This document shows positions 27,330 through 40,222 of a stretch of 64,000 nt of DNA, piece by piece. A program made the position numbers and the translations under genes. Below the pieces are notes generated by a model. That model did no database searches. It worked only from the letters and a program-made list of their open reading frames with translations, and was not told where the DNA came from. Positions within the stretch are counted from its first letter, which is position 1. Every line of letters begins with the position of its first letter. The stretch comes from Bacilli bacterium (lineage in GTDB: Bacteria; Bacillota_I; Bacilli_A; RFN20; CAG-449): positions 9,240 to 73,239 of the forward strand of contig DBGCPK010000017.1 in NCBI GenBank assembly GCA_048359995.1, given 5' to 3'.

Positions 27330-27890
27330 ATGAAATTTTTATTGAAAAGTATTTCTTTAAACGGCGGGCTGGAACTTCCCGACGGAGAAGAATTCGTCAG
27401 CAAGGTCTTCCCCAACATTTGGGCGTTTCTCGTGCAATTCATCGCTTTTATTCTGATGATGCTCATCGTCATCAAATTCGCGTATAAGCCGGTCAGTCGG
27501 TTTTTGAACAAACGGAGAGAGTATATTGCCGAGAATCTTCGCGAAGCCGGAGAAAAGAACGCCAAGGCGGAAGCCAACGTTCTCGATTCGATGGAGCAAC
27601 TCAACAGAGCGAAAAAAGAAGCCGTCGAGATGATCGGCGAAGCGGAAAAAACGGCGCAGAAAGAACGGGAACTGCTGATGCAAAAAACGCAGGAAGATAT
27701 CAGGAAGCGGAGAGAACAGGCTCAAAAAGAGATCGAGAGGGAAGAGGAAAAAGCCGTCAAGAGGATACACGACGAGGTCGTCGATCTGGCTTACGAAACT
27801 TCCCGGAGCATCTTGCAGAGAGAAGTCTCCTCCGAAGACGACAAAAAACTGGTCGACGATTTCGTCAGCGACCTGTTGGAGAAGAGATAG
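27330..27890 (+). CDS. atpF: F0F1 ATP synthase subunit b
   Basis: N-terminal TM then long charged helix; start at MKFLLKS. Confidence 0.75.
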   Translation: MKFLLKSISLNGGLELPDGEEFVSKVFPNIWAFLVQFIAFILMMLIVIKFAYKPVSRFLNKRREYIAENLREAGEKNAKAEANVLDSMEQLNRAKKEAVEMIGEAEKTAQKERELLMQKTQEDIRKRREQAQKEIEREEEKAVKRIHDEVVDLAYETSRSILQREVSSEDDKKLVDDFVSDLLEKR

Positions 27891-27893
27891 ACG

Positions 27894-28439
27894 ATGGATT
27901 CCCTGTATTCCCGCTATGCCGGCGCGATGTTCGCCATCGCCGAAGAAGAAAAGAAAATCGAAAACTATCGTCAGGAATTCAAAAAACTGAAAACCGTTTT
28001 TCTGGAAAACGAAGAATTGGTTCGGTTGCTTTCGTCGTACTTTCTCGAAAGGGAGGAAAAAGAAGAGGTCATCGATCGGGTTTTCCGCGACGCGGACCCG
28101 ATGACGAGAAATTTTCTCAAAGTAGTCTCCTTAAATCGAAGAATGAATTGCGTCGTGCGGATCATCGACGAATTCGTCGAACGGTGCGACGAGAGTTTGG
28201 GGATCCTCGAAGGAACCGTCTACTCGTTCCGCGCTTTGGATGAACATCAGATGCAGAGTTTATCTCACGCGTTGTCGTCGCGCTTGAAAAGTCGGGTTGA
28301 ATTGACTAATTCCGTCGACGAACGGCTTTTGGGAGGAGTCAAAATCATCGTCGGAGACCGGATTTACGACGGTTCGGTCAAAAACAAATTGGAAAAAATG
28401 AAAGAGTCATTGCTTTCGGGAGGTTACAATGGAGATTAA
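27894..28439 (+). CDS. atpH: F0F1 ATP synthase subunit delta (OSCP)
   Basis: Position in operon, 181 aa, OSCP-like. Confidence 0.75.
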   Translation: MDSLYSRYAGAMFAIAEEEKKIENYRQEFKKLKTVFLENEELVRLLSSYFLEREEKEEVIDRVFRDADPMTRNFLKVVSLNRRMNCVVRIIDEFVERCDESLGILEGTVYSFRALDEHQMQSLSHALSSRLKSRVELTNSVDERLLGGVKIIVGDRIYDGSVKNKLEKMKESLLSGGYNGD

Positions 28440-29937
28440 ATCGAATGAAATCGCGAATCTGATCAAAAAGCAGATCCGGAACTACGCGCATAAAATCGAA
28501 TCGAACGACGTGGGAACGGTTATCAGCGTCGGAGACGGTATCGCGACGGTATACGGCCTCGACAAGGCGATGCTTTCGGAACTTTTGGAGTTCCCGCACG
28601 GAGTTTACGGTATGGTGATGAATCTGAACGAAGACAGCGTCGGCGCGATTCTTTTCGGTAACGATTCTCTGATCGAAGAAGGGGATTTGGTCAAACGGAC
28701 GCATCAGGTCGTGGAAGTACCCGTCGGAGACGCGCTTTTAGGACGCGTCGTCAACGCGTTGGGACAACCGATCGACGGGCTCGGAGAAATCGCCGCCGAC
28801 AAAATGCGCCCGATCGAACGGATTGCTCCGGGAGTAATGACGAGAAAATCGGTCGATGTACCTCTGGAAACCGGAATCAAAGCGATCGACACGATGATTC
28901 CGATCGGACGAGGGCAGAGAGAGCTGATCATCGGCGACCATCAAACGGGAAAGACGGCGATCGCCGTCGACACCATCATCAATCAAAGAGGAAAAAACGT
29001 ACTCTGCGTTTATGTGGCGATCGGACAGAAAAATTCCACCGTCGTTCAGTTGGTCGAAAAACTGAAAGAATTCGGTGCGATGTCCTACACGACCGTCGTT
29101 TCGGCGACGGCGAGCGAACTGGCTCCTCTGCTTTACATCGCGCCCTATGCCGGCGTGACGATCGCGGAAGAATGGATGGAACAGGGAAAAGACGTTTTGA
29201 TCGTATACGACGATCTGTCCAAACACGCGGTGGCATATCGTACGCTCTCTTTGCTTTTAAAACGATCGCCGGGTCGGGAAGCCTATCCGGGCGACGTCTT
29301 TTATCTCCACTCGCGTTTGTTGGAAAGAGCCTGCCGTCTGAGCGCGGAATGCGGAGGCGGATCGATCACTGCGCTGCCGATTATCGAAACGCAGGCGGGG
29401 GATATTTCGGCGTACATTCCGACCAACGTCATTTCCATCACCGACGGGCAGATTTTCCTGCAAAGCGAATTGTTCAACGCCGGTCAGCGCCCTGCGATCG
29501 ATTCGGGCTTATCCGTATCCCGCGTCGGTAGTTCCGCGCAATACAAATGCGTCAAGCAGACCGCCAAGGCGCTGAAAATCGAATTGGCGAGTTATCGCGA
29601 ATTGCAAGCGTTTGCCCAATTCGGTTCGGATCTCGACGAAGTTACCAAAAAGACGTTGATTCACGGAGACGTCTTAATGGAAGTCTTGAAGCAGAATCAG
29701 TACGCGCCGATGGATTTCGTCCGTCAGACCGTCGAAATCTTTACGGTACAGCATCGCTATTTGGATACTCTTTCCAAAGAGAAAGTTCGGCCTTTCCTCG
29801 ATCGACTTTGGATCAATCTGAAAAAAGATCACGCCGATATTCTGGAAGAAATTCGAAAAGAAAAAGCGCTCTCCGACGAATTGGTGAGCCGTTTGAAAGA
29901 TGCCGTCGCTTCGATCGCGGAAGCGCTGGCCGATTAA
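28429..29937 (+). CDS. atpA: F0F1 ATP synthase subunit alpha
   Basis: [12 protein letters not shown]-loop, 502 aa. Confidence 0.9.
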   Translation: MEIKSNEIANLIKKQIRNYAHKIESNDVGTVISVGDGIATVYGLDKAMLSELLEFPHGVYGMVMNLNEDSVGAILFGNDSLIEEGDLVKRTHQVVEVPVGDALLGRVVNALGQPIDGLGEIAADKMRPIERIAPGVMTRKSVDVPLETGIKAIDTMIPIGRGQRELIIGDHQTGKTAIAVDTIINQRGKNVLCVYVAIGQKNSTVVQLVEKLKEFGAMSYTTVVSATASELAPLLYIAPYAGVTIAEEWMEQGKDVLIVYDDLSKHAVAYRTLSLLLKRSPGREAYPGDVFYLHSRLLERACRLSAECGGGSITALPIIETQAGDISAYIPTNVISITDGQIFLQSELFNAGQRPAIDSGLSVSRVGSSAQYKCVKQTAKALKIELASYRELQAFAQFGSDLDEVTKKTLIHGDVLMEVLKQNQYAPMDFVRQTVEIFTVQHRYLDTLSKEKVRPFLDRLWINLKKDHADILEEIRKEKALSDELVSRLKDAVASIAEALAD

Positions 29938-29951
29938 GCAAAGGATAACCT

Positions 29952-32600
<2,649 letters not shown>

Positions 32601-32602
32601 GA

Positions 32603-32626
32603 AGAGTGGACAACCACTCTTTTTTG
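32603..32626 (+). terminator. rho-independent terminator of atp operon
   Basis: AGAGTGGACAACCACTCT hairpin plus TTTTTT. Confidence 0.65.
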
Positions 32627-32804
32627 CTGACAAACACGATCTTCGTGATCTCCGCTTTATTTCTTCAAATTTTTTGCCGAAAGTATATCCAAACTCCTTC
32701 AAATGGATCGTTCGATGAGAGATTCGAAGAACGAAGAAAACAAGTTGACGGGAAATATGGAAATTGAGATCGGAAAATGATATGATAACGTGAAAGGTGA
32801 GTCT

Positions 32805-33254
32805 ATGAGAGTGGTTGTGCAAGTGGTAAAAAAGGCGGAAGTGACGATCGGAGATAAGACGTTTTCGAAAATCGGCGAGGGCTTGCTTCTCTTTGTCGGC
32901 TTTGCCCCGAAAGACGATACGGCAACGATGAAAAAGACGATCGACAAAGTGATGTCTCTGCGGATTTTCGCCGACGGAAAAGGGAAGACCAATCTTCCCT
33001 TCGATCGAAATAGGCACGAGATTCTTTGCGTATCGCAGTTTACTCTCTACGCGGATATCCGTCACGGAAAACGCCCTTCTTTTACTTCCTGTATGCGTTC
33101 GGAAAACGCCGCGTCCCTTTACGAAGAAACGCTGGAATATCTGAAATTCGAAGAGTACCGGGTCAAAAACGGTCTTTTCGGCGCGGATATGAAAGTCGGA
33201 TCGGTCAATGACGGACCTTTTACGCTTTTCGTCGACAGCGAGGACTTAAAATGA
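32805..33254 (+). CDS. dtd: D-aminoacyl-tRNA deacylase
   Basis: MRVVVQVV..., SQFTLYAD, NDGPFT motifs. Confidence 0.85.
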   Translation: MRVVVQVVKKAEVTIGDKTFSKIGEGLLLFVGFAPKDDTATMKKTIDKVMSLRIFADGKGKTNLPFDRNRHEILCVSQFTLYADIRHGKRPSFTSCMRSENAASLYEETLEYLKFEEYRVKNGLFGADMKVGSVNDGPFTLFVDSEDLK

Positions 33255-34396
33255 AAGAAAAAAAAGAAACCAGAATACTGGTGGGATTGTCCGGAGGCGT
33301 CGATTCCGCGATCGCCGCATATCTTTTGAAACAAGAAGGTTATCAGGTCGCCGGAGGCTTTATGCGGAACTGGGACGCGATCGCCAACGGGGATTTTCTG
33401 GGAAATCCGACGTTGAACGAGAGCCAGTGTCCGCAGGAAAAAGATTACGAAGACGCAAAAAAGGTCGCCGAAATTTTGAATATCCCTCTGCTTCGCGCCG
33501 ATTTTGTCAAAGAATACTGGGACGAAGTGTTTACCTATTTTTTGGACGAATATCAAAAAGGAAGAACGCCCAATCCGGACATTTTCTGCAACAAATACAT
33601 CAAATTCGATAAATTTTTGAATTTTGCAAAAGATAACGGATTCGATTTTATCGCCACCGGTCATTACGCGAAAAGGGTAGATACGGAGAAAGGCGTCGAA
33701 TTGCACAAATCCTTCGATACCAATAAAGACCAAACCTATTTTCTTTCTCAGGTCAGTCGGAAACAACTCGGCGAGTGCCTTTTCCCGTTAGGGGACATCG
33801 ATAAGAGCGAAGTCAGGAAAATCGCGCGGGATCTGCTTCTTCCGATCGCGGATAAAAAGGATTCGACGGGCGTCTGCTTTATCGGCGAACGCCGGTTCCG
33901 AGAGTTTCTCAACAATTACCTTCCCGCCAAAGCGGGCGAGATCGTCGACGCCGTCTCCGGAGAAGTCGTCGGCCATCACGAAGGCGTGCTTTACTATACG
34001 TTGGGGCAGAGAAGAGGCCTTGGAATCGGCGGATTGAAAGGAAGAGATGCTTCTTCCTGGTTTGTCGTCGGAAAAGACGTTCGGGCAAATCGCCTGTATG
34101 TCGTGCAGGGGGAAGAAAACGAACATCTTCTTTCCGATCGCGCGATCGTTACTAAGGTCAACTGGATCGCTTCCGAGATACCGGAAAATCCTCTTCACGT
34201 CGGGTGCAAATTCCGATACAGACAGAAAGATCAGGGAGTCGTCCTGAAATTCATCGGAAAAGATATCGTCGAACTGACTTTCGACCGACCGTATAAAGCG
34301 GTAACTCCGGGACAGGCTGCCGTTTTCTATCGGGAGAACGAGTGTTTAGGAGGAGGAATAATCGATGAAATCTTTTATCAAGGGAGGAAAAAATAA
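33251..34396 (+). CDS. mnmA: tRNA-specific 2-thiouridylase MnmA
   Basis: LVGLSGGVDSAIAAYLL PP-loop, catalytic Cys region DSTGVCFIGE. Confidence 0.9.
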   Translation: MKEKKETRILVGLSGGVDSAIAAYLLKQEGYQVAGGFMRNWDAIANGDFLGNPTLNESQCPQEKDYEDAKKVAEILNIPLLRADFVKEYWDEVFTYFLDEYQKGRTPNPDIFCNKYIKFDKFLNFAKDNGFDFIATGHYAKRVDTEKGVELHKSFDTNKDQTYFLSQVSRKQLGECLFPLGDIDKSEVRKIARDLLLPIADKKDSTGVCFIGERRFREFLNNYLPAKAGEIVDAVSGEVVGHHEGVLYYTLGQRRGLGIGGLKGRDASSWFVVGKDVRANRLYVVQGEENEHLLSDRAIVTKVNWIASEIPENPLHVGCKFRYRQKDQGVVLKFIGKDIVELTFDRPYKAVTPGQAAVFYRENECLGGGIIDEIFYQGRKK

Positions 34397-34399
34397 AAA

Positions 34400-34912
34400 A
34401 TGATTCGTTTGCATCTGAACGACGATCAATGGCCGAATGAGGGAATCGACCACATTCGGCAGGTTGCCCGCGCGGTTTTGCTCGACGAAGAAGATCGGGT
34501 GTGCTTGCTGAAAGTTTACGGTAACGACGCTTTCGGACTCAGAGATTACTACGAAACTCCCGGAGGCGGTGTCGACGAAGGAGAAACCTTTGAAGAAGCC
34601 CTGATTCGCGAATTGGACGAAGAGGTCGGCGTTAAGGCGGAGATCGCGGTCTTTCTCGGAGAAATCATCGATTATTACAATTTAATCCGAAGGAAAAACG
34701 TCAATCGTTATTATCTATGCAGGATCGATCGGAGAACAAAGATTCATCACGAGTCGAAGGGCGATGACCTCATTCAATCGGTAGGTTTTTATCCTTTGGA
34801 AGAGGCGATAGAAAAATACCGATCGATGCCCGACTTTGGTTGCGGTAAGCTGGTCAAGAAAAGAGAGCTCCCGATTCTTCTGGAAGCGAAACGGTTTCTA
34901 AAAGAAAGATAG
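34400..34912 (+). CDS. NUDIX hydrolase
   Basis: Nudix box GGGVDEGETFEEALIRELDEEVG. Confidence 0.8.
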   Translation: MIRLHLNDDQWPNEGIDHIRQVARAVLLDEEDRVCLLKVYGNDAFGLRDYYETPGGGVDEGETFEEALIRELDEEVGVKAEIAVFLGEIIDYYNLIRRKNVNRYYLCRIDRRTKIHHESKGDDLIQSVGFYPLEEAIEKYRSMPDFGCGKLVKKRELPILLEAKRFLKER

Positions 34913-34960
34913 TGCATTTTTCGTTTAAATTATTTATAATAAAAGGCGAGAGGAAAAGTT

Positions 34961-35599
34961 ATGAAAAAAATTGTGAACAAGATTTTCAATCCGAAAAAGA
35001 CGGGACTGTTTTGGCTTTACTTTGTTCTCGGCGCATTAACTATGATCGTCGGAATAATGCTGATGCCTGTCTGGCAGAACTGCGGAAATTGGTGCTTCTA
35101 TAAGGACTGGGGATTGCAAATCGTCAATATCATCATCGCCGTATGTTTGATCCTGTATTTGGTTTTATTTCTGATTAAGAAGATCGCCGGACGTTCTAAC
35201 GGCGTGATCAAAGTGTTGACGATCGTCGAGTTCGTCATTCTCGCTTTGGTTGCGATCGGTTGCGTTCTACAACAATTCAAAGTCATCAATGTCGGAGGTT
35301 CCTGCGCCATTCTCGGATTGGCGATGTGGTGTCGGGGTGTCGTCGAAATTTTCAGAGCCTATTACCATCAGAAGGGAAATAACGAAAAATATCCGGTGTG
35401 GTGGCTCGTCGTCGCGATGGTATTCGTCTCTGTGGGCGTTTATCTGTTCGCCAAACCTCTTTTCCAAGACGTCGTGATTCTTTGGGTCTTCGTTTGTTTG
35501 ATTCTCCTCTTCGGTATCGTTCTCGTAATCGATGGATTTCTGGCTAAACCGGTCGGAAAGAAATCGGTCACCTCGAAAAAGAAGACGACGAACCGTTAG
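34961..35599 (+). CDS. hypothetical polytopic membrane protein
   Basis: 212 aa, 5-6 TM helices, basic C-terminus. Confidence 0.45.
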   Translation: MKKIVNKIFNPKKTGLFWLYFVLGALTMIVGIMLMPVWQNCGNWCFYKDWGLQIVNIIIAVCLILYLVLFLIKKIAGRSNGVIKVLTIVEFVILALVAIGCVLQQFKVINVGGSCAILGLAMWCRGVVEIFRAYYHQKGNNEKYPVWWLVVAMVFVSVGVYLFAKPLFQDVVILWVFVCLILLFGIVLVIDGFLAKPVGKKSVTSKKKTTNR

Positions 35600-35618
35600 A
35601 AATTTCTAACGGTTTTTA
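35591..35618 (+). terminator. rho-independent terminator (perfect palindrome)
   Basis: AACCGTTAGAAATTTCTAACGGTT plus TTTTAT, overlapping stop codon. Confidence 0.6.
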
Positions 35619-35631
35619 TGAGGTTTAAGCG

Positions 35632-36924
35632 ATGAAAGTGGGTTTGGTATCGTTAGGTTGCGCGAAGAATTTAGTGGATTCGGAAATGATTCTTTCTCTG
35701 TTTCAAAGAAACGGGTTTGAAATCGTCAATGACGAAAAAAAGGCCGATATTCTCGTCGTCAACACCTGTGGATTTATCGAAGCGAGCAAACGGGAATCGA
35801 TCGATATGATTTTGAATATGGCGGGATTAAACAAAACACTGATCGTCACCGGTTGTCTGGTCGAACGATATAAAGATGAGCTGGAAAAAGAATTGCCGGA
35901 GGTCGATCTCTTTCTGGCGATTCGGGATTATCCGTATTTTTCCGAACTCGTCACCCGTCTTTTGAAGAGCAAATGCCTGCAAGGTGAACTCGATCTGAAT
36001 CGGAGAGTATTGACCACCGAAAATTTCACGGCTTATCTGAAAATATCCGAAGGCTGCAACAATCGTTGCACTTATTGCGCGATTCCTTTGATTCGCGGTT
36101 CTTTTAAGTCGGTCGATAAATATGAAATCTTGTCTCAGGCGAAATCTTTGAGGGAAAAAGGCGTAAAAGAACTGGTGGTAATTTCTCAGGATACGACCCG
36201 ATACGGAGAAGATATCGAAGAATACCGGACGGATATCGTCGATCTTTTGAAATCGCTTCTTGAAATCGAAGGCTTTGAGTACATTCGATTGCTGTATTTG
36301 TATCCGGATGAAATCACGGACGAACTCATCGATTTAATCGGCAGTGAACCTCGGTTGACGCCGTATTTCGACATACCGATTCAGCATTGTTCCGACCGCG
36401 TTCTCAAAGCGATGCATCGCCGCGGGAGCAAAGAGGAACTGATCGCCTTGTTTAGAAAGATCAGGAGAAGAATTCCTTCCGCCGTATTGAGAACCACGTT
36501 GATCGTCGGATTTCCCGGTGAAAGCGACGAAGAATTTGAGGAATTGGTCGATTTTGTCAAAGAAATGGAGTTCGATCATCTGGGTGCTTTTACTTATTCG
36601 CAAGAAGAAGGAACTGCGGCGTACGATTTTCCGAATCAAATCGCCGAAAAGACGAAGAAGAGCCGATACAGGAGAATCATGAAAGTTCAGCAGAGTATTT
36701 CCCGTAAGAAGAACCGCGCGCGGATCGGAGAGATTCATCGAGGGATCGTCGTTCATCGAACGGAAGAAGGTCTGTATTGGTTGAGAAGCCATTTCAACGC
36801 CCCCGACGACATCGACGGAAAAATCGTTTTTTCCGCTTGGACACCTTTGGAAGTCGGCGATATCGTCGACGTGAAGATTACCGCTTGCGATAGTTACGAT
36901 TTATACGGCGAATTGATCGATTAG
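35632..36924 (+). CDS. rimO: ribosomal protein S12 methylthiotransferase RimO (MiaB-like radical SAM, TRAM domain)
   Basis: MKVGLVSLGCAKNLVDSE UPF0004, CNNRCTYC radical-SAM motif, C-terminal TRAM. Confidence 0.8.
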   Translation: MKVGLVSLGCAKNLVDSEMILSLFQRNGFEIVNDEKKADILVVNTCGFIEASKRESIDMILNMAGLNKTLIVTGCLVERYKDELEKELPEVDLFLAIRDYPYFSELVTRLLKSKCLQGELDLNRRVLTTENFTAYLKISEGCNNRCTYCAIPLIRGSFKSVDKYEILSQAKSLREKGVKELVVISQDTTRYGEDIEEYRTDIVDLLKSLLEIEGFEYIRLLYLYPDEITDELIDLIGSEPRLTPYFDIPIQHCSDRVLKAMHRRGSKEELIALFRKIRRRIPSAVLRTTLIVGFPGESDEEFEELVDFVKEMEFDHLGAFTYSQEEGTAAYDFPNQIAEKTKKSRYRRIMKVQQSISRKKNRARIGEIHRGIVVHRTEEGLYWLRSHFNAPDDIDGKIVFSAWTPLEVGDIVDVKITACDSYDLYGELID

Positions 36925-36963
36925 TTCGAAAAAATGCATATATTAACATATAGGTGTTGATAT

Positions 36964-37503
36964 ATGCTTTTTTCTAACAACAAGAAGAACCGTGCCTATT
37001 CGAAAAAGATTTTCAGATCGATCGAAGATAAATTGCAAGGAATCGATCAGGAAATGGCGAGCGAGTACTTATCGTGGCTCGACAAGAAAACCTATTATTT
37101 GAAGAAAACTTACGACAAGGAGGGATACGGCTCTCAACCCGACAGTTTATCCAGAGGCGATGTCGTGTGGGTGGAATTCGGCATCAACGTCGGCACGGAA
37201 CTTTCGGATTATAAAACGAAAGGTCATTATGGCGTCGTTTGGAACGTCGATTTGGGGAATGTCGTCGTCATTCCTTTATCGAGCAGGGAAACCAACGGTT
37301 CGGAATTGACGTACGATTTGGGAGTGATCGACGGCTTGAACGAAAAAGAAAATACGCATTCTTATCTGAAATTAGATGCGATACGTTCAGTTTCCAAACG
37401 AAGAATAGGAAGAATGAACAACAAAGATACGGGAAAAATCACTTTGGATCGGACTCGGATCGAAATGATCAAAAAAGCGATTTTTAATTCTTTTATTCGG
37501 TAA
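36964..37503 (+). CDS. PemK/MazF-fold endoribonuclease-like protein with ~60-aa N-terminal extension, no adjacent antitoxin
   Basis: Core RGDVVWVEFG..GTE...GHYGVVWN....VVVIPLSS matches MazF/PemK; 179 aa vs ~115 aa typical. Confidence 0.5.
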   Translation: MLFSNNKKNRAYSKKIFRSIEDKLQGIDQEMASEYLSWLDKKTYYLKKTYDKEGYGSQPDSLSRGDVVWVEFGINVGTELSDYKTKGHYGVVWNVDLGNVVVIPLSSRETNGSELTYDLGVIDGLNEKENTHSYLKLDAIRSVSKRRIGRMNNKDTGKITLDRTRIEMIKKAIFNSFIR

Positions 37504-37522
37504 ATACCGCTATAATGAGAAC

Positions 37523-38005
37523 ATGAGAAGAGAAAGAGCCACCCATACTTTGGATTTGTTTAAAGACGAGAATTCTCGGATTTTGATTTTGGGTTCATTT
37601 CCCAGCATTCAATCTCGCGGACAAAATTTTTATTACATGAACAAGACCAATCGATTTTATCAGGTGCTTTCCGCGCTGTATGGCGAGGATTTTTACTTTG
37701 CGTCCGTAGAAAGAAAAAAGGAACTGCTTCGTAAGCACTGCATCGCTTTGTTCGATGTCGTTACCGAATGCGAGATTTCCAATTCGAGCGACAGTTCTTT
37801 AAAGCCGATCGCTTACTTGGATCTCGAAGAGGTTACAAAGAATACGAAAATCGAACGCGTTTTTGTCAACGGCAATAAAGCTTACGAACTCTTTGTACGA
37901 AGATATCCGGAAGAAAAAGCCGAAAAACTGCCCTCTACCAGCAGCGCTAATGCACGCATGAGGTTAGACGATTTGATCCGCGAATGGAGAATTATTTTGG
38001 ATTGA
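37523..38005 (+). CDS. Mug/TDG-family (UDG family 2-like) DNA glycosylase, DNA-deoxyinosine glycosylase-like
   Basis: ILILGSFPS...NFYY...NRFYQVL resembles Mug GINPG..S...NRFW motif; 160 aa. Confidence 0.55.
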   Translation: MRRERATHTLDLFKDENSRILILGSFPSIQSRGQNFYYMNKTNRFYQVLSALYGEDFYFASVERKKELLRKHCIALFDVVTECEISNSSDSSLKPIAYLDLEEVTKNTKIERVFVNGNKAYELFVRRYPEEKAEKLPSTSSANARMRLDDLIREWRIILD

Positions 38006-38076
38006 TTACTTTTTTTCCCTTTTGGCGATTTACGCTTGACTAAGTATCGAATTATTATTAGAATAAACTTGCTTTT

Positions 38077-38150
38077 GCCTCAATAGTTAAATGGCATAAC
38101 GGATCCATGGTAAGGATCAATTCGTAGTTCGATTCTGCGTTGAGGCACCA
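38077..38150 (+). tRNA. tRNA-Thr (anticodon GGT)
   Basis: Cloverleaf: acceptor GCCTCAA/TTGAGGC, anticodon stem GATCC/GGATC, loop ATGGTAA, T-arm CGTAG-TTCGATT-CTGCG, encoded CCA. Confidence 0.75.
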
Positions 38151-38170
38151 TTTTTACAGAATCGAAAAGT

Positions 38171-38192
38171 ATGGAGTCTTCCATATTTTTTT
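38171..38192 (+). terminator. rho-independent terminator after tRNA-Thr
   Basis: ATGGAGTCTTCCAT hairpin plus TTTTTTT. Confidence 0.55.
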
Positions 38193-38341
38193 GTTTTTAG
38201 ATGTATTTCCCCTTATTTTGCGTATCGAAAAATGAAACGAACAGTATCAAAACCTTCATTTTCTTGAAAAAGATGTAAAAAATTGGAAGATTATTTCAAT
38301 TCTTTCTTTGCTATTATTTAGCCACGAAAAGGGGGATAATT

Positions 38342-39109
38342 ATGAAAAAAAGATACCAATTTTTGACTATTTTTGCCTTCACCAGCATATTGAGCCTTAA
38401 CGGAACAAGATTGCATTCTTACAAGAGTAAACCGGTCGATATTCTGTTGAGCGATATCCGAGAGAATACGTCGGAAACAGATTTAGAGTCGGCAATTGAG
38501 AACATTTTATCGGAAGAAACGAGTTCTTCTTTCATCGATTCATCGGGTTTTGAAAATTCTTCGGCCGCCGAAGTTTCATATGATCGAAAGGTCAAAGTTT
38601 ATTTAAACCCTTCCGTTCAAACGGCGAATATGTATGTCGATAATCTCGGCAGCGAAGGAAAAAACATGAACGACATTTGCGAATATATGATCGATGAACT
38701 GAAAGACGCAGAATTTATCGATTTGAAATACAATTTGAGTTACCTTCCTTTGGCCGAATCGGTTCGGGAAAGCAATGACTTCAACGCGGATATCCATTTT
38801 GCTCTGCATTCCAACGCAGGAGGCGGTAAGGGAAGCGAAATTTATACTTCGACCGACACGCAGTTTGCTCAGTATATTTACGAAAAATACAACACGATCG
38901 GAGACTTTTACCAAAGAGGGGTTAAAAACGGATCGTCTTTGTATGAGATCAGCCACAGCAAAGCAAAAAATCGCGTGTTGCTCGAATTATTGTTTCACGA
39001 CAATCATCAGGAAGCAAAGTTTATCGTCGACAATAAGCAATTGATCGCGCACGTACTAGCGCAAGGAATCATCTCGTATATTCAGGAATTTTACTTTAAT
39101 ATTTACTGA
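38342..39109 (+). CDS. secreted Amidase_3-like (MurNAc-L-Ala amidase fold) protein, first metal-binding motif apparently divergent
   Basis: Signal peptide; ADIHFALHSNAGGGKGSEIY matches the HxN...GxExY core; the DPGHGG-equivalent reads VYLNPSVQ. Confidence 0.45.
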   Translation: MKKRYQFLTIFAFTSILSLNGTRLHSYKSKPVDILLSDIRENTSETDLESAIENILSEETSSSFIDSSGFENSSAAEVSYDRKVKVYLNPSVQTANMYVDNLGSEGKNMNDICEYMIDELKDAEFIDLKYNLSYLPLAESVRESNDFNADIHFALHSNAGGGKGSEIYTSTDTQFAQYIYEKYNTIGDFYQRGVKNGSSLYEISHSKAKNRVLLELLFHDNHQEAKFIVDNKQLIAHVLAQGIISYIQEFYFNIY

Positions 39110-39140
39110 CAACCCGACATAAAATAGTACGGGTGAATGA

Positions 39141-39608
39141 ATGGTGAAGATAAAAAGTTTACTGAAAAGTTTGGTGCCGGTTCTTCTCGCGGCCGGATTG
39201 GGGAGTATTTTCGTCGTTTTGGATTACATCGATTACGATTCTTTGACTAAACCGTTTCTGACTCCGCCGAAAATCGTTTTTCCAATCGCGTGGACGATAA
39301 TTTATCTTCTGACGGCAACGTCGACATACTTATTCGATACGAGTGAAAGCGTCAAAGAGATCAACCAAAAGGGGATCATCAACTTCTTTATCAATATGTT
39401 TATCAATCTCCTGTGGACGGTTACTTTTTTCGGATTGGGTCAACCGATCGTGGCGTTGGTTGTCCTGGTCTTGCTCTATTTGTCTACGCTGTCTCTCTTT
39501 TTGACTTATCGTAAAGTCAATCGGTTAAGCGGAAATCTGATCATACCTTACCTTCTGTGGCTTTTAATGGCTCTTTATCTGAATATTTGTATCGTTTTTT
39601 TGAATTGA
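39141..39608 (+). CDS. tspO: TspO/MBR tryptophan-rich sensory protein
   Basis: 5-TM, LTPPKIVFPIAWTIIY..., NLLWTVTFFG, IPYLLWLLMALYLN. Confidence 0.7.
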   Translation: MVKIKSLLKSLVPVLLAAGLGSIFVVLDYIDYDSLTKPFLTPPKIVFPIAWTIIYLLTATSTYLFDTSESVKEINQKGIINFFINMFINLLWTVTFFGLGQPIVALVVLVLLYLSTLSLFLTYRKVNRLSGNLIIPYLLWLLMALYLNICIVFLN

Positions 39609-39667
39609 GTTGCCGATTTTCTTTCGCTTTGATATAATAAATCCGATTTGAAAAAGGAGAACTATCG

Positions 39668-40150
39668 ATGAAAGACGAAGAAATTATCGTTACCAAAGAG
39701 GGGTATCGCAAATTAAACGAAGAATTGAGAACATTGATTGACAATGTTCTTCCGGAAGTGATCGAACAATTAAAAGAAGCGAGAGCGCAAGGCGACTTAT
39801 CGGAAAATGCCGATTATGACGCGGCGAGAAATCGTCAGGCCGAAGTCGAAGGGCGCATCGCGCAATTACAGCATCAAATCGAAAACGCCAAAGTGATCGA
39901 CGAAGTAGGCGCATCGCACAACAGCAACATCGTCAAGATCGGATACTTCGTTACTTTAAAAGATCACAGCGACGGCTCGGTGACGAGATACCAAATCGTC
40001 GGTTCGACCGAATCCGATCCGAATCACCAGAAAATTTCCAACGAATGCATGCTGGCCAAGTCCATCTTGAATCACAAGGTCGGCGATAAGGTTCAAGTAA
40101 AAGTAATTCGCCCGTACGAGGTGGAAATTCTGAAAGTAGAAACCGAATAA
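39668..40150 (+). CDS. greA: transcription elongation factor GreA
   Basis: MKDEEIIVTKEGYRKLNEEL...DLSENADYDAAR coiled-coil plus FKBP-like C-domain. Confidence 0.9.
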   Translation: MKDEEIIVTKEGYRKLNEELRTLIDNVLPEVIEQLKEARAQGDLSENADYDAARNRQAEVEGRIAQLQHQIENAKVIDEVGASHNSNIVKIGYFVTLKDHSDGSVTRYQIVGSTESDPNHQKISNECMLAKSILNHKVGDKVQVKVIRPYEVEILKVETE

Positions 40151-40176
40151 CTCACCAAAAGTGAGTTTTTTTTTTG
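40149..40176 (+). terminator. rho-independent terminator
   Basis: AACTCACCAAAAGTGAGTT plus T9. Confidence 0.65.
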
Positions 40177-40222
40177 AGAAATTTTCTATCCGACTGCTAA
40201 TGGAAAAGTAGGAGGAAAAATT

